Virus record (IMG/VR): IMGVR_UViG_3300042698_000029
Span: 64,001 to 128,000 of that record
Direction: 5' to 3' (one strand)
Length of the DNA stretch: 64,000 nt
Origin: a virus
The notes under the pieces are model-generated. The model was not told the DNA's origin. It did no database searches and saw only the letters and a list, made by a program, of their open reading frames with translations. The position numbers and the translations under genes were made by a program. Of the stretch, positions 29,058-38,100 are shown piece after piece. Numbering within the stretch: the first letter of the stretch is position 1; every line of letters begins with the position of its first letter.

Positions 29058-29420
29058 TCACAGGGACGTCTTGCCGGACGCCGGAGGGTGGCTGTCCGCC
29101 GTAAGGATGAGGATCAGGTGTTCATCGCCTTCGTCGGCTTCTCCGGAGGCTACGAGAACCTTCAGCTCTTGTTGATCGCCTTCGACCCACCAGCACCGCC
29201 ACGCGGCTCCCCGGCGAGACAGGTAAGTCTCGTAGGTCTTTCCGCCGGTCGCCTTGTCGAGTTGCGGGTAGCGCTGCGTTTTGATGCCCGGCCCCTCGAA
29301 GGGGTCTTGGGCCATGGACTGGAAGACTCCCGCGATGTCGGCCGCGAGCTGCCTGTCCTTCTTCATGGCCTTGGCGAGGATCTTCTCCGCCTTCGGTGTG
29401 AGCTCCAGGTGCCAAGTCAT
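29058..29420 (-). CDS. RelE/ParE-superfamily toxin-like protein
   Basis: WHLELTPKAEKIL...DP..PGIKT..Y...ETY......AWRCWW.......I.....HP. Confidence 0.7.
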   Translation of the reverse strand: MTWHLELTPKAEKILAKAMKKDRQLAADIAGVFQSMAQDPFEGPGIKTQRYPQLDKATGGKTYETYLSRRGAAWRCWWVEGDQQELKVLVASGEADEGDEHLILILTADSHPPASGKTSL

Positions 29421-30148
29421 TGGGCTTCCTCCAGCATCTTGGCGAGGAACGTCTTGGCGCTGATACCGCGAACTCCGTCTTGGATCCCCTTCACGGATTC
29501 GACTACGTCGTCCGTCACGTACTGAGGAGGTACTTCGTTGTTCTCGGGCAGGAGCGCGATGACCACCTCCATGGGCATGTACGGCGTGACATCCCCTTCG
29601 ACGCCACGGTCAGCCAGCATCTTCTTGAGCTTCTTGCTGACGTGCATCGTCCCGTTCAGGACGAGCACCGGTACGAGGGTGATGACGCCGTCTTCGCTCA
29701 CGGAAGCCTCGTAGGCCGTGTGAGCCCCGGCGAGGTCCTTGAGGCGGGCGCGTCCCTGGGCATCGAGAGAGATCAGGCCGGACGATTCGCGCGCAACACA
29801 GACCTCCTGCTCCGGGTCGTACCCGCGAGTCAGGTCCTCCTCGGTAACCCCGGCGTCCTTCAAGTACTCGAAGACCTGCTGGAAGTCGATCGTGTCGGGG
29901 AATGTCTCCGTCCAACCTCCGTGGGGCATCTGGTGAGGGGAGAGGAAAGAACCGGGGTGAAGCTCACGGAGACGGCCCAGCACGTGCCCTTCCATCGTCA
30001 GGGACTGGGAAGAGGGGAAGGGGCCGAGATGGACGACCTTCTCCCACCCGTCGCTAACGAGGGCCTTGACCCGCGCCTCCTTTCCCACGCCAACCTTCAG
30101 GGCGCCGAACTGAGCGTGACGGAGGACGTAGATTCCGGTAGTACGCAC
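29417..30148 (-). CDS. GIY-YIG/T5orf172-like domain fused to AbrB-like antitoxin domain
   Basis: GIYVL....ALKVG...R...E......GWTETF, then ISLDAQGR..L....Y...V.EDG.I.LVP; ATGA-coupled to RelE-like gene; GTG 30148 with GAGGAG RBS. Confidence 0.6.
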   Translation of the reverse strand: MRTTGIYVLRHAQFGALKVGVGKEARVKALVSDGWEKVVHLGPFPSSQSLTMEGHVLGRLRELHPGSFLSPHQMPHGGWTETFPDTIDFQQVFEYLKDAGVTEEDLTRGYDPEQEVCVARESSGLISLDAQGRARLKDLAGAHTAYEASVSEDGVITLVPVLVLNGTMHVSKKLKKMLADRGVEGDVTPYMPMEVVIALLPENNEVPPQYVTDDVVESVKGIQDGVRGISAKTFLAKMLEEAQ

Positions 30149-30282
30149 AGCAACTCCTCGGGGAGGTCTTCGACTTGATGTACCTAGCTTATCAAGCGCA
30201 GCTCTCTGGATAAGAGCTAGTACCTGTGATGTATGCGACAACGAGGAAGCCCCCAGCCAGTACGTCGACTCGGGGCTTCCTG

Positions 30283-30306
30283 TGTTCCGGCTCCAGCGCG
30301 GCCGGA
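30283..30306. repeat. 24-bp hairpin element, copy 1
   Basis: TGTTCCGGCTCCAGCGCGGCCGGA, identical at 35383-35406. Confidence 0.8.
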
Positions 30307-30312
30307 GCACGA

Positions 30313-31047
30313 TCAGAGCTGTTCCTCGTAGTGCAGGTACCCGGTCCCCGGGCAGACCTTCACGGCAACCTCTACGACCCGGTCGTCCTCCAGGTACACC
30401 GTCCGCACGTCCACCAGAACCGTGGTCCCCTCTTCCAGCCCAAGGAGGTCCAGTTCCTCGGAGTACGCGGGCCGGGAGGTGATGTCGTGGGAAGCCCTGT
30501 CCTGGGGACTGCCGAGCCTCTCGGAGGCCAGCTCCCGCGATCCGCCCGTAGAAGTGGTTCCTGACAGTTCCGGAACCTGGTTCATGACGTAGGAGGGGTA
30601 GTAGGAGCTTGAGAGGTGAGAGACGGTGCCGTTCCGGGAAACCACCCTGACCCGCACCTGAACCGGATGTCCCGGAGCGACGCCCAGACGTTCGGCCACC
30701 ACCTCATCAGCGGCCGTCACTTCGGATCGGACGATCCGGGAAACTTCCCCTTCCCGCAGTGCCCGTCCGGTCTCCGCGTGGCGCCGCACCCGGTCCGCGA
30801 TGGAAGGACTCGACACGACGGCCGGACGGTAAGCGACTGAAGTCCCGCTTCCCGAGGACGCAACAGTGAGTCCGTCGTTCTTCAGGACCTGGTAGGCCCT
30901 GTTGGCCGTGGCCATCGAGATCTTGAACTGGTCGCAGACCTTGCGGAGGGTGGGCATCCGGGCGCCCGGGGGCAGCTCGCCCGACAGGATCTTCGTCCGG
31001 AAGTAGCCCACCACCTGGTGGTATGTCCCACGGGTGCTTTCCGTCAT
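30313..31047 (-). CDS. GntR/UTRA-family repressor (KorSA/TraR-like)
   Basis: YHQV....R.KI.SGEL.PG.RMPT....F.IS..TA.RAY..L...GL......GT.V plus UTRA domain. Confidence 0.92.
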   Translation of the reverse strand: MTESTRGTYHQVVGYFRTKILSGELPPGARMPTLRKVCDQFKISMATANRAYQVLKNDGLTVASSGSGTSVAYRPAVVSSPSIADRVRRHAETGRALREGEVSRIVRSEVTAADEVVAERLGVAPGHPVQVRVRVVSRNGTVSHLSSSYYPSYVMNQVPELSGTTSTGGSRELASERLGSPQDRASHDITSRPAYSEELDLLGLEEGTTVLVDVRTVYLEDDRVVEVAVKVCPGTGYLHYEEQL

Positions 31048-31157
31048 GATCTTTTCCCCTATCTTGCTCTGAAGTGTTGCACATCACTCTGTTCTGCTCT
31101 AGATTAAATGACGCAAGCAGCGCACGGCAAGAGAGATCCACTGTGAAGTGGCTCACA

Positions 31158-31188
31158 GTGTTCGGATAGTTCCAATCTATCCTGACAC
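31158..31188. promoter_or_regulatory. Inverted operator pair upstream of GntR gene
   Basis: GTGTTCGGATAG-TTCCAAT-CTATCCTGACAC. Confidence 0.6.
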
Positions 31189-31270
31189 AAAACGGAGTGT
31201 CGCCTCGCGAGATGGCCTGTGATCCGCACGAAAATGTACGGAAACCCGAAGCGTCCCAAGGGAGCACACC

Positions 31271-31471
31271 GTGTACGACCCCCTGTTCGAGCCTGCGCGC
31301 ACCTTGAACACGAACTACCTCGCCGAGGCGCTCCACTCACTGCGGCAGGTCACCCCTCCCCGTCTCGAAGACCAGGCGTACGGAGCTGACGGAGTCTTCG
31401 ACGTGACGTCCTACTTCGAGTCTCTTCGAAGGGAGCTCGACCGGATCGAAGACGAGTGGAAGAACCTCTGA
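31271..31471 (+). CDS. Hypothetical protein
   Basis: GGGAG RBS, GTG start. Confidence 0.6.
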   Translation: MYDPLFEPARTLNTNYLAEALHSLRQVTPPRLEDQAYGADGVFDVTSYFESLRRELDRIEDEWKNL

Positions 31472-31554
31472 CAAGCAAACAGGGCCCCCGCTACCAACGA
31501 GGGCCCCAGATCAAGCAGTTCCCAACCGAAGCCATCGGATAAGGAGTCTTCAGC

Positions 31555-31881
31555 ATGAACGACATCGATACCGACCGCAAGGACCGAATCACCTCCGTCG
31601 TAGACCTTCTTCAGACGCGGCATGGTGACCTCTTCAAGACCTTCCCCGTTGCCCGGCAGGCGCGGGAGGTAGTGAGTGCGGTGCAGGGTCTGATCGCCTC
31701 CGACGAAGTAATGGTCATCATCCGACGGGTCTCCGGTGACCGGCCCAAGCAGGCAGCGGTCGCGAACGCTCTCGCCCGTGCCAAGGAGAGGGGACTCATC
31801 CACAGTCCGCGCAAGGGACTGTGGGGTGCCTCCCTGGCAGGGGGTGTGTACGGAGGAGGGTCCGACCCGACCTCCCCCTGA
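31555..31881 (+). CDS. Winged-HTH-like protein
   Basis: AVANALARAKERGLI.SPRKGLW; AAGGAG RBS. Confidence 0.6.
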   Translation: MNDIDTDRKDRITSVVDLLQTRHGDLFKTFPVARQAREVVSAVQGLIASDEVMVIIRRVSGDRPKQAAVANALARAKERGLIHSPRKGLWGASLAGGVYGGGSDPTSP

Positions 31882-32074
31882 CGGGGCGAGCCCGCTCCTG
31901 ATGGAAGAATGACGGCAGAAAAGCGAAGGAGCCCCTGGTGTGGATCAGGGGCTCCTTCAGGTACGAACTCCCCATCCCCATGGGGTGCGCGCGATGTCAC
32001 TATCAATCAGCTACCCAGAGGTTATCCGATGGGAGTGACGTCACACCACCCCGCTGTCCGGAAGGACCGGAAAA

Positions 32075-33793
32075 GTGACCGATGTCACAGCCCAGATGAT
32101 CCAGGCCCGAGCCAGCCTGGAGACCGTGATGACCTCAGTGTCCCGCCTCACTGGGACCAATGGGGAAGTCGTGAGGGCCCTCACAGACCTGGTTGTCGGG
32201 GAGGCCGCATGGTTGAGCCTGCTGGACCGGGAGGAGATCATCAGCCGCTCTCTGGAAGTCTTGCGAGAGGCCGGATGTAAGGCGTCCCGCCCTCTGGTAT
32301 CCGGGGCCGTACAGACCGCCTTCAAACTCTCCCAGAAGCGCACAGCGGTTGAGGAGCTCTACCTCGAAGCCCAGCAAGGTGACCTGCTCCCACAGATCGA
32401 TCCGCAGATCTGGACCAACGAGGGCCGCTACAAGAGGTTCCTGGACTCCCTGTACCGACTCTCCCTGTACCGCCGGGCGCGGCCTGAGTCGGTGCTGGGG
32501 TGCTTCGCCGTTCACAGCCTCTGCCTGATCCCTCCACACACAAGGGTGGAGACGGACGGCAGCGAGAACGCGCTCAACGCTCTGAGCGCGGTGGTGGGCC
32601 AGACCGGCAAGGGCAAGGGCAACGTCCAGGGGTGCACGGACGTCGTTCTCAAGCCATTGATCCAGCAGTCCGTTCCCGGAAAGAACGAACGGGGAGGGAT
32701 CCGCCGCGCAGCGGGAGTGGCCTCGGGTGAAGCGATCATCGACCAGTTCTCAGGCAGCTGGGAAGACGATGACGACATCATGGCCGCCGACGAGGATGGA
32801 AGGGTCTCTGGGCAGAAGTGGGACGCCGTTCTCCTGGTCATCGATGAGATGAAGTCCCTGCTGGCCACCATGGACCGGTCGGGCTCCACCACCGACAGCA
32901 CCCTCACAAGCCTTCTCACCGGAGGCGACGTGACCTCTCAGAAAGCCGATGTGACGGGCAACGGCGGAGGAAGGGTGACGCTGACGGGAGGCGAATACCG
33001 GTTCTGCGGGTCAGGAGGCCTTCAGCCGGAGTTCTTGGACAGACTGGCGAAGACCGGCGGCATCGGCTTGGTCAAGCGCATCCTGAAGCTGCCCGCCGGG
33101 ATGCATCCCGACCAGATCCACGCACGGAAGGTTCTCGTAGAGGGCGGCTACGGTCGCTCAGAGGCCGAAGAGGACGCGGCCCTTCTCCGTTCATCGCTCC
33201 ACGGCCTGCGCGAGAACGGGACCGTCACGGTGGCCCGCTCCATCCAGGAAGTCATCGACAAGATCGCTGATGCTTCTGTCGAGGATCGGGGCTTCAGCGA
33301 AGTAGACCCAGCCGGACAGGGTCTCCACCTCCGCATCGTTCTCGCGGCCTTCTTCGCCCGTCTGTCCTCTCTGTGGGAGATCGATCGTGACGCCTGGACC
33401 ATGTCCGGGTACCTCATGAGCTTGGACGAGGCGATGCACAGGCACATCCTCGGGTACGTGGGAGAGGTCGAGCAGGACGAGCGGGCCCGAGAGATCGGGG
33501 AGTACACGTCCAAGACGGTCTCGGTGAAGACCAAGGAGACCTGGGAGTCCACGGGCTCGACGCCGGTCCTGGACAGGGCCATGGGGAAGATCCTGGAGTT
33601 CATGTACAACGCGGGTGGGGAGCACACGGCCACCGACGTCCGGGACAAGTCAGGAGCCAACAGTTCTACTCAGGCCGCTCACAAGGGTGTGACCGGGAAG
33701 CAGCTCCACGTTCATGCCTTGGAGCGGATGGTCATGTCGGGCGCGGTGAAGAAGGTGGGCCGGAAGTTCGTTGCTACTCGGAAGACCCTGTAG
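32075..33793 (+). CDS. Rep/DUF3987-like P-loop ATPase with C-terminal wHTH (paralog of 13134..14540)
   Basis: VVGQTGKGKG, ASGEAI, LLVIDEM, RSGST, GGLQP, IGL.KRIL; shares EDDDDIM acidic loop with paralog. Confidence 0.78.
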   Translation: MTDVTAQMIQARASLETVMTSVSRLTGTNGEVVRALTDLVVGEAAWLSLLDREEIISRSLEVLREAGCKASRPLVSGAVQTAFKLSQKRTAVEELYLEAQQGDLLPQIDPQIWTNEGRYKRFLDSLYRLSLYRRARPESVLGCFAVHSLCLIPPHTRVETDGSENALNALSAVVGQTGKGKGNVQGCTDVVLKPLIQQSVPGKNERGGIRRAAGVASGEAIIDQFSGSWEDDDDIMAADEDGRVSGQKWDAVLLVIDEMKSLLATMDRSGSTTDSTLTSLLTGGDVTSQKADVTGNGGGRVTLTGGEYRFCGSGGLQPEFLDRLAKTGGIGLVKRILKLPAGMHPDQIHARKVLVEGGYGRSEAEEDAALLRSSLHGLRENGTVTVARSIQEVIDKIADASVEDRGFSEVDPAGQGLHLRIVLAAFFARLSSLWEIDRDAWTMSGYLMSLDEAMHRHILGYVGEVEQDERAREIGEYTSKTVSVKTKETWESTGSTPVLDRAMGKILEFMYNAGGEHTATDVRDKSGANSSTQAAHKGVTGKQLHVHALERMVMSGAVKKVGRKFVATRKTL

Positions 33794-33803
33794 TTGTTCG
33801 AAT

Positions 33804-33840
33804 GCCGAAGCCCGCTCCTCTCCCGGGGGCGGGCTTCGGT
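33804..33840 (+). terminator. Hairpin after Rep-like gene
   Basis: GCCGAAGCCCGCTCC / GGGGCGGGCTTCGGT. Confidence 0.6.
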
Positions 33841-33848
33841 GCGAAAAA

Positions 33849-34061
33849 TGGGACATGGGACAGCGTGTCCCACTTATGCGCGTGAGAGCCAAAACGGTGT
33901 CCCATGTTTGTCCCATCTTTTGTTACTCTGAGTAATAATTACGGGTACAAACTAGGGTAAAAAGGACAAATTCTCTTTCGCACCCTGTTGTCCCAGTCCG
34001 TAAGCGAAAAGTGGGACAAAAATGGGACACCTAGCCGGACATGGGACACTGCGTTGTCCCA
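33849..34061. repeat. Iteron-like array: 10 perfect TGGGACA/TGTCCCA around an AT-rich core; putative origin
   Basis: Copies at 33849, 33856, 33866, 33898, 33909, 33989, 34012, 34023, 34042, 34055; AT-rich 33916-33978. Confidence 0.8.
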
Positions 34062-34199
34062 CTTTTCGGGAGGTCCACCCGTAGCAGGCCCCCGGTCGAA
34101 CAACATCGGTGTGAAGTACTGCACATTCCATCCCTAGTCAGATGGGTCTAAGCTGATAACTCGCAGGAAGCCCCATCCCCCCGTAGAAGGAGAACCCTC

Positions 34200-34460
34200 G
34201 TGGCCGATATGAAGCCCACCACCCAGCAGATCATCGAGGCCCTTTCCCTTGTGGGAGGAGGCGTGACTCTGGTGACCAGCCAGAATCTGATCGCTGCTGC
34301 TTTGATCGGTGCCCTGGGGTCCATGGGCCTCTACAAGGCCTGGAGCGAGGCGAATCTCCGGAGGCGCCGGGAGTTGGCCAAGGACGCCATCCGCCACGCT
34401 GCCGCCAAGGGCGACCTGTCCGCCGACGACGCCGCCAAGCTGCTGAAGGAGATGCCGTGA
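34200..34460 (+). CDS. Small 2-TM membrane protein
   Basis: GAAGGAGA RBS; hydrophobic hairpin. Confidence 0.65.
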   Translation: MADMKPTTQQIIEALSLVGGGVTLVTSQNLIAAALIGALGSMGLYKAWSEANLRRRRELAKDAIRHAAAKGDLSADDAAKLLKEMP

Positions 34461-34660
34461 ATCGCACCGAGATGAGTACCTACGGCAGGCTGTCCTGGGC
34501 GGCCTCATCCCTGGGGGCGGGGGTGTTCTTCACAGGCCTCCTAGTGGAGGACCCCTACCTGTGGGGGGCCGGTCTGTTCTGGCTGGCGGGGTTCGGGATG
34601 CGGGCCTACATCGAGTTCGTCAAGACCTTTCCGGACCCCGATGCCGACCCCGGCCTCTAA
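34457..34660 (+). CDS. Small 2-TM membrane protein
   Basis: GTGA coupling, hydrophobic. Confidence 0.65.
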   Translation: MNRTEMSTYGRLSWAASSLGAGVFFTGLLVEDPYLWGAGLFWLAGFGMRAYIEFVKTFPDPDADPGL

Positions 34661-34716
34661 AACTCGGCACACCAAGAGAGCCCCCGATCGGATGATCGGG
34701 GGCTCTCAGGCTTGGG

Positions 34717-35319
34717 TCACCCAATGGGCATACGAGAAGAGTGCATCCGGATCACGGAACCTTCTGAGCCGGGCTCAATCCCGCCAAGCCTCTGCTGCGT
34801 GCGCGCCTGCGCCTCTTTCCTCGGAGCGTTGCATCGGACGCCCGGACCCGCCTTGCACGTCGGACACCTACGCACCATGGCGAACACTTCCCATCGGTTC
34901 AGGGTCCCGTCGTCCCAAGCGGGGCGACGGGAGTCCACCAGTGCATCCAGCTCCGTTCGGTCTCCGAGCAGAGCGGCACGCAACGCGTGTGCCACGGTGG
35001 ACGCCGTTCCCTCATCCCGGAACCCCCTGATGCACCACCCCGACCCACCTCCGGAGAGGGAGTTCGCCGTGCTGGCGGACCCGTGACCTTCAGCGTGCAG
35101 GTAGCTCCTGAGTAGATCAACCGCCGGGTACAGGTCCCCGCAGCGGCTCGCCATTTCAGGGCTCTCGCCGGTACCGGGTTGCATCGTCAGGGTGTCGGCA
35201 TGCACCCTCCACTCCGCGCCCTCTTTCTCGACCACGACGAACAACTCGTCCTTAGCCATGGACTGGCGGTAGACCTTATTGGACTCGTGCACATCGCGCA
35301 CGTGGGGAATCTTCTTCAA
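34717..35319 (-). CDS. Hypothetical protein with C-terminal zinc finger
   Basis: CPTCKAGPGVRC. Confidence 0.5.
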   Translation of the reverse strand: MKKIPHVRDVHESNKVYRQSMAKDELFVVVEKEGAEWRVHADTLTMQPGTGESPEMASRCGDLYPAVDLLRSYLHAEGHGSASTANSLSGGGSGWCIRGFRDEGTASTVAHALRAALLGDRTELDALVDSRRPAWDDGTLNRWEVFAMVRRCPTCKAGPGVRCNAPRKEAQARTQQRLGGIEPGSEGSVIRMHSSRMPIG

Positions 35320-35382
35320 AGTCGGCCGACCCTTATCAAGATGAGGAGAGGGGCCCCACAGAATAGCGGGGCCCCTCTGTGT

Positions 35383-35406
35383 TGTTCCGGCTCCAGCGCG
35401 GCCGGA
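35383..35406. repeat. 24-bp hairpin element, copy 2
   Basis: Identical to 30283-30306. Confidence 0.8.
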
Positions 35407-35416
35407 TCGCCCGGCG

Positions 35417-35536
35417 TCAGCCGGTCTTCGTGTAGCAGGTGCAGTTGGCGCCGCAGAGGATGCAGTCGCCGACCTCGATCTCGGAGAGCTTCTTCAGGGT
35501 CTCCTTGGTGGTGCTCTTCTTCTCTTCCGTGTCCAT
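35417..35536 (-). CDS. 39-aa Cys-rich peptide
   Basis: MDTEEKKSTTKETLKKLSEIEVGDCILCGANCTCYTKTG; GAAAGGA RBS; hand-translated. Confidence 0.55.
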   Translation of the reverse strand: MDTEEKKSTTKETLKKLSEIEVGDCILCGANCTCYTKTG

Positions 35537-35570
35537 GACCGTGATTCCTTTCTGGATGGGTGGATGACGG

Positions 35571-35657
35571 TTACTTCTTCTTGCCGAGGTTGCCGAGGTT
35601 CACGCCTCCGCCGCCCTTGCCGTTCTTGGTCGGTATGCCCTTGCTCTCTTCGGCCAT
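35571..35657 (-). CDS. 28-aa Gly/Lys-rich peptide
   Basis: MAEESKGIPTKNGKGGGGVNLGNLGKKK; GAAAGG RBS. Confidence 0.45.
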   Translation of the reverse strand: MAEESKGIPTKNGKGGGGVNLGNLGKKK

Positions 35658-35690
35658 CGTCTTGCCTTTCTCGTGGTGTCACCGGCCCTC

Positions 35691-37337
35691 TTAGGCCGGA
35701 GTCTGGGTGTCGCCGTACAGGACCGACATGCGCTCGCCGCGTTCGAGCTGAGCGGCGTACACGTCCTCATCGATCGTTCCGGCGGTACGGATGTAGAAGC
35801 GCTGGACCGGCTTCGTCTGGCCTGAGCGGTACAGACGGCCCTTGGCCTGCTCGTTCTGCACGCCGTCCTGGTCCTGAGACAGCCACACCTCGATGTGGCT
35901 CTTCTCCTGAAGGCCGTCCGTGCCGGTACCGACGCCCGAGATGACGGCCACCAGCACGCGGTAGTCGGTGCCGAAGCCCTTCTTCACGGACTCCTGGAGC
36001 TCCGGCTGGGAGGACAGCGGCCAGCGTTCGGCGGACTTCCCGATCTTCCGGGCGACCAGGTCGGCGAACTTCGAGCTGTGCGTGAGGACCAACACCGGCT
36101 CTTCCGACGGCAGGTCGGACAGCAGCTCCTTCAGGGCGTAGATCTTCGGCTGGTCGATGTTCTTGTAGTCGACATCCAGCTTCGAGAGGTCCACGTCCTC
36201 GCCGGAGTCGATTCGGTCCTGGAGGGACTCGACGGTCACCTTTTGACGCCGGGCTGCTTCCGAGAGGGACATGGTGCCCTCCGTCGCGGTGGTCTGACCC
36301 AGTGCCAGCTGCCGGAGGCGGATCTGCTTGACGATGGGGAGCGGGGTGCCCACGGGGACTTCGTCCATCCACGTGAAGCACTGCTCTTCGAAGTCGTCGT
36401 ACATCTCCCGCTGCTCCAGCGTCATGCCCACCTCGATCTCGTGGGTGATGACCTCCGGCAGGTTGAGGATGTCCTTGGACAGGCGCCGGATCGCGCAGGG
36501 GATTTCCGCCCACATCGCGGCCGGGTCGACGATCTCCCCGATGACGTCACGAGTCTTGGGCTTCTTCTCGACCGGGTCCCAGCCGTATTCATCGACCTCG
36601 ATGTTGAAGTGCTTGTGGGCCCACGGCCAGAACGCCGTATACACCTTGGGCCACAGCCAGTTGAGGATGAACCACAGATCCTCCTCCTGGTTCCCCGCCG
36701 GGGTGGCTGAGGCCCCTACGCGGTACACGCTCTTGATCAGCCGCAGGGTCTTGCCGATCAGCGCATCCTTGCGGTTGCGGGCACGGTGCACCTCATCGAA
36801 GACCACCAGGTCCCAGACGCCGGTCCGGCTCCACGGAGGAATGCGTCCGTCCTGCATCCCCTTGCGGATGTTCGCCTGCGTGGGCGCCCACTTACGCTTC
36901 TGGCCCGACTCGGTGACCTCGTAGCCCAGCTTCCCCGCCATGTGCTCGGGGCCGATCAGGAAGATCCCCGGCTCCTTCTTCGTCATCCGGCGCCAGGTCT
37001 CCGCGTCATATTTCGTCTGCGCGCTTCCGTGCGGGCCTACCAGACGCACCTTGTCGTCCGGAAGCGTCGGGAACTGGCGCAGCAGCGTCTTCTTGACCTG
37101 GAGATGAGTGACCGGCGGCCCGATCCACAGGATCCGCAGACCACTCTTCTGGGGCTGAATCTTGCGGATGGCCTCCACGATCATCACGGTCTTGCCCAGG
37201 CCGAGGTCGTCGGCGAGCAAGACGGACTTGGATCCCTGGTCGCTCAGTTCGGCGCGCATCCGCTGGATGGCTTCGTCCTGATAGTCGCGCGGAGCCAGCT
37301 TCTCCAGGCGTTCCACCTGGATGTTCTTCTTGGCCAT
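35691..37337 (-). CDS. SNF2-family (SF2) helicase
   Basis: PRDYQ, LADDLGLGKT, FDEVH, SATP, GTDGLQ, QAKGRLYRSGQ. Confidence 0.92.
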   Translation of the reverse strand: MAKKNIQVERLEKLAPRDYQDEAIQRMRAELSDQGSKSVLLADDLGLGKTVMIVEAIRKIQPQKSGLRILWIGPPVTHLQVKKTLLRQFPTLPDDKVRLVGPHGSAQTKYDAETWRRMTKKEPGIFLIGPEHMAGKLGYEVTESGQKRKWAPTQANIRKGMQDGRIPPWSRTGVWDLVVFDEVHRARNRKDALIGKTLRLIKSVYRVGASATPAGNQEEDLWFILNWLWPKVYTAFWPWAHKHFNIEVDEYGWDPVEKKPKTRDVIGEIVDPAAMWAEIPCAIRRLSKDILNLPEVITHEIEVGMTLEQREMYDDFEEQCFTWMDEVPVGTPLPIVKQIRLRQLALGQTTATEGTMSLSEAARRQKVTVESLQDRIDSGEDVDLSKLDVDYKNIDQPKIYALKELLSDLPSEEPVLVLTHSSKFADLVARKIGKSAERWPLSSQPELQESVKKGFGTDYRVLVAVISGVGTGTDGLQEKSHIEVWLSQDQDGVQNEQAKGRLYRSGQTKPVQRFYIRTAGTIDEDVYAAQLERGERMSVLYGDTQTPA

Positions 37338-37341
37338 GGTG

Positions 37342-38073
37342 TTACCAGCCCTTCGAGCGGCTGGTCTTGCTGGTCCACGACAGGTACGGGTCCCCGCGAA
37401 GCGGAACACCTTCCGCGCGGGCCTTGGCGTACAAGTCGTTACGCAGGGATCCGGCGATGAGGTACGTCAGGGAGCAGGCCTCGTGGCGCACTTCGTCGTT
37501 GAAGACCGGCATCAGAGCGATGGTCTTGACGGCGTTGAAGTTCTCCTCGACGGCGTTGTACAAGTCCAGGAGTTCCAGTTCGGAGGGCCACAGCACGGGT
37601 GCCTGGCGGGGGAATCCGGCCTCCTCGTGCAGGAGGGCGATGCGCAGCTCGATCCGGCCGAGGGTTTCGGTGACCTCGTTGGCGACGTCGGGGACTTCCA
37701 CGATCTGGATCCCGTTCATCCCGAATGCCTCGTGCATCGGACCCGAGAGACTCGTGAACATGGCGAGCGCGTGGTGGTCGACGGGGGAGCCGTCATCGTC
37801 CTCGTAGGCGTAGAGACACACCATCCGCAGACCATTGTGGTCATCGGGGTACACGTAGGTGGTACCGCAGTTCTCGGGGATGCGGCTCAAGAAGCCCATG
37901 ATCTTCTCGCGCGCCGGGTCCGGCAGGAGCGTGGTGTTGTCCCACGTCACCTTGCGCAAGTAGAGGCAGAGGTCTTCCCACCGGTAGTCACCGGCGCCCG
38001 GATACAGGCTGATCCTTCCCTGATTCTTGGAGGCGGTGAAGTAGTTCCATCGCAAGCCGTCGATCTCGTGCAT
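37342..38073 (-). CDS. Hypothetical protein
   Basis: GAAGGAGA RBS, coding-like codons. Confidence 0.65.
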   Translation of the reverse strand: MHEIDGLRWNYFTASKNQGRISLYPGAGDYRWEDLCLYLRKVTWDNTTLLPDPAREKIMGFLSRIPENCGTTYVYPDDHNGLRMVCLYAYEDDDGSPVDHHALAMFTSLSGPMHEAFGMNGIQIVEVPDVANEVTETLGRIELRIALLHEEAGFPRQAPVLWPSELELLDLYNAVEENFNAVKTIALMPVFNDEVRHEACSLTYLIAGSLRNDLYAKARAEGVPLRGDPYLSWTSKTSRSKGW

Positions 38074-38100
38074 GTCGCTCTCCTTCCGGGGGTGTGGTGC

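Noticed and set aside
12876-34061. Short-repeat arrays as CRISPR arrays
   Set aside because: Units are 6-7 bp, irregularly spaced and in both orientations; there are no 25-40 bp repeats with spacers. The Cas4-like gene sits in a RecT operon.
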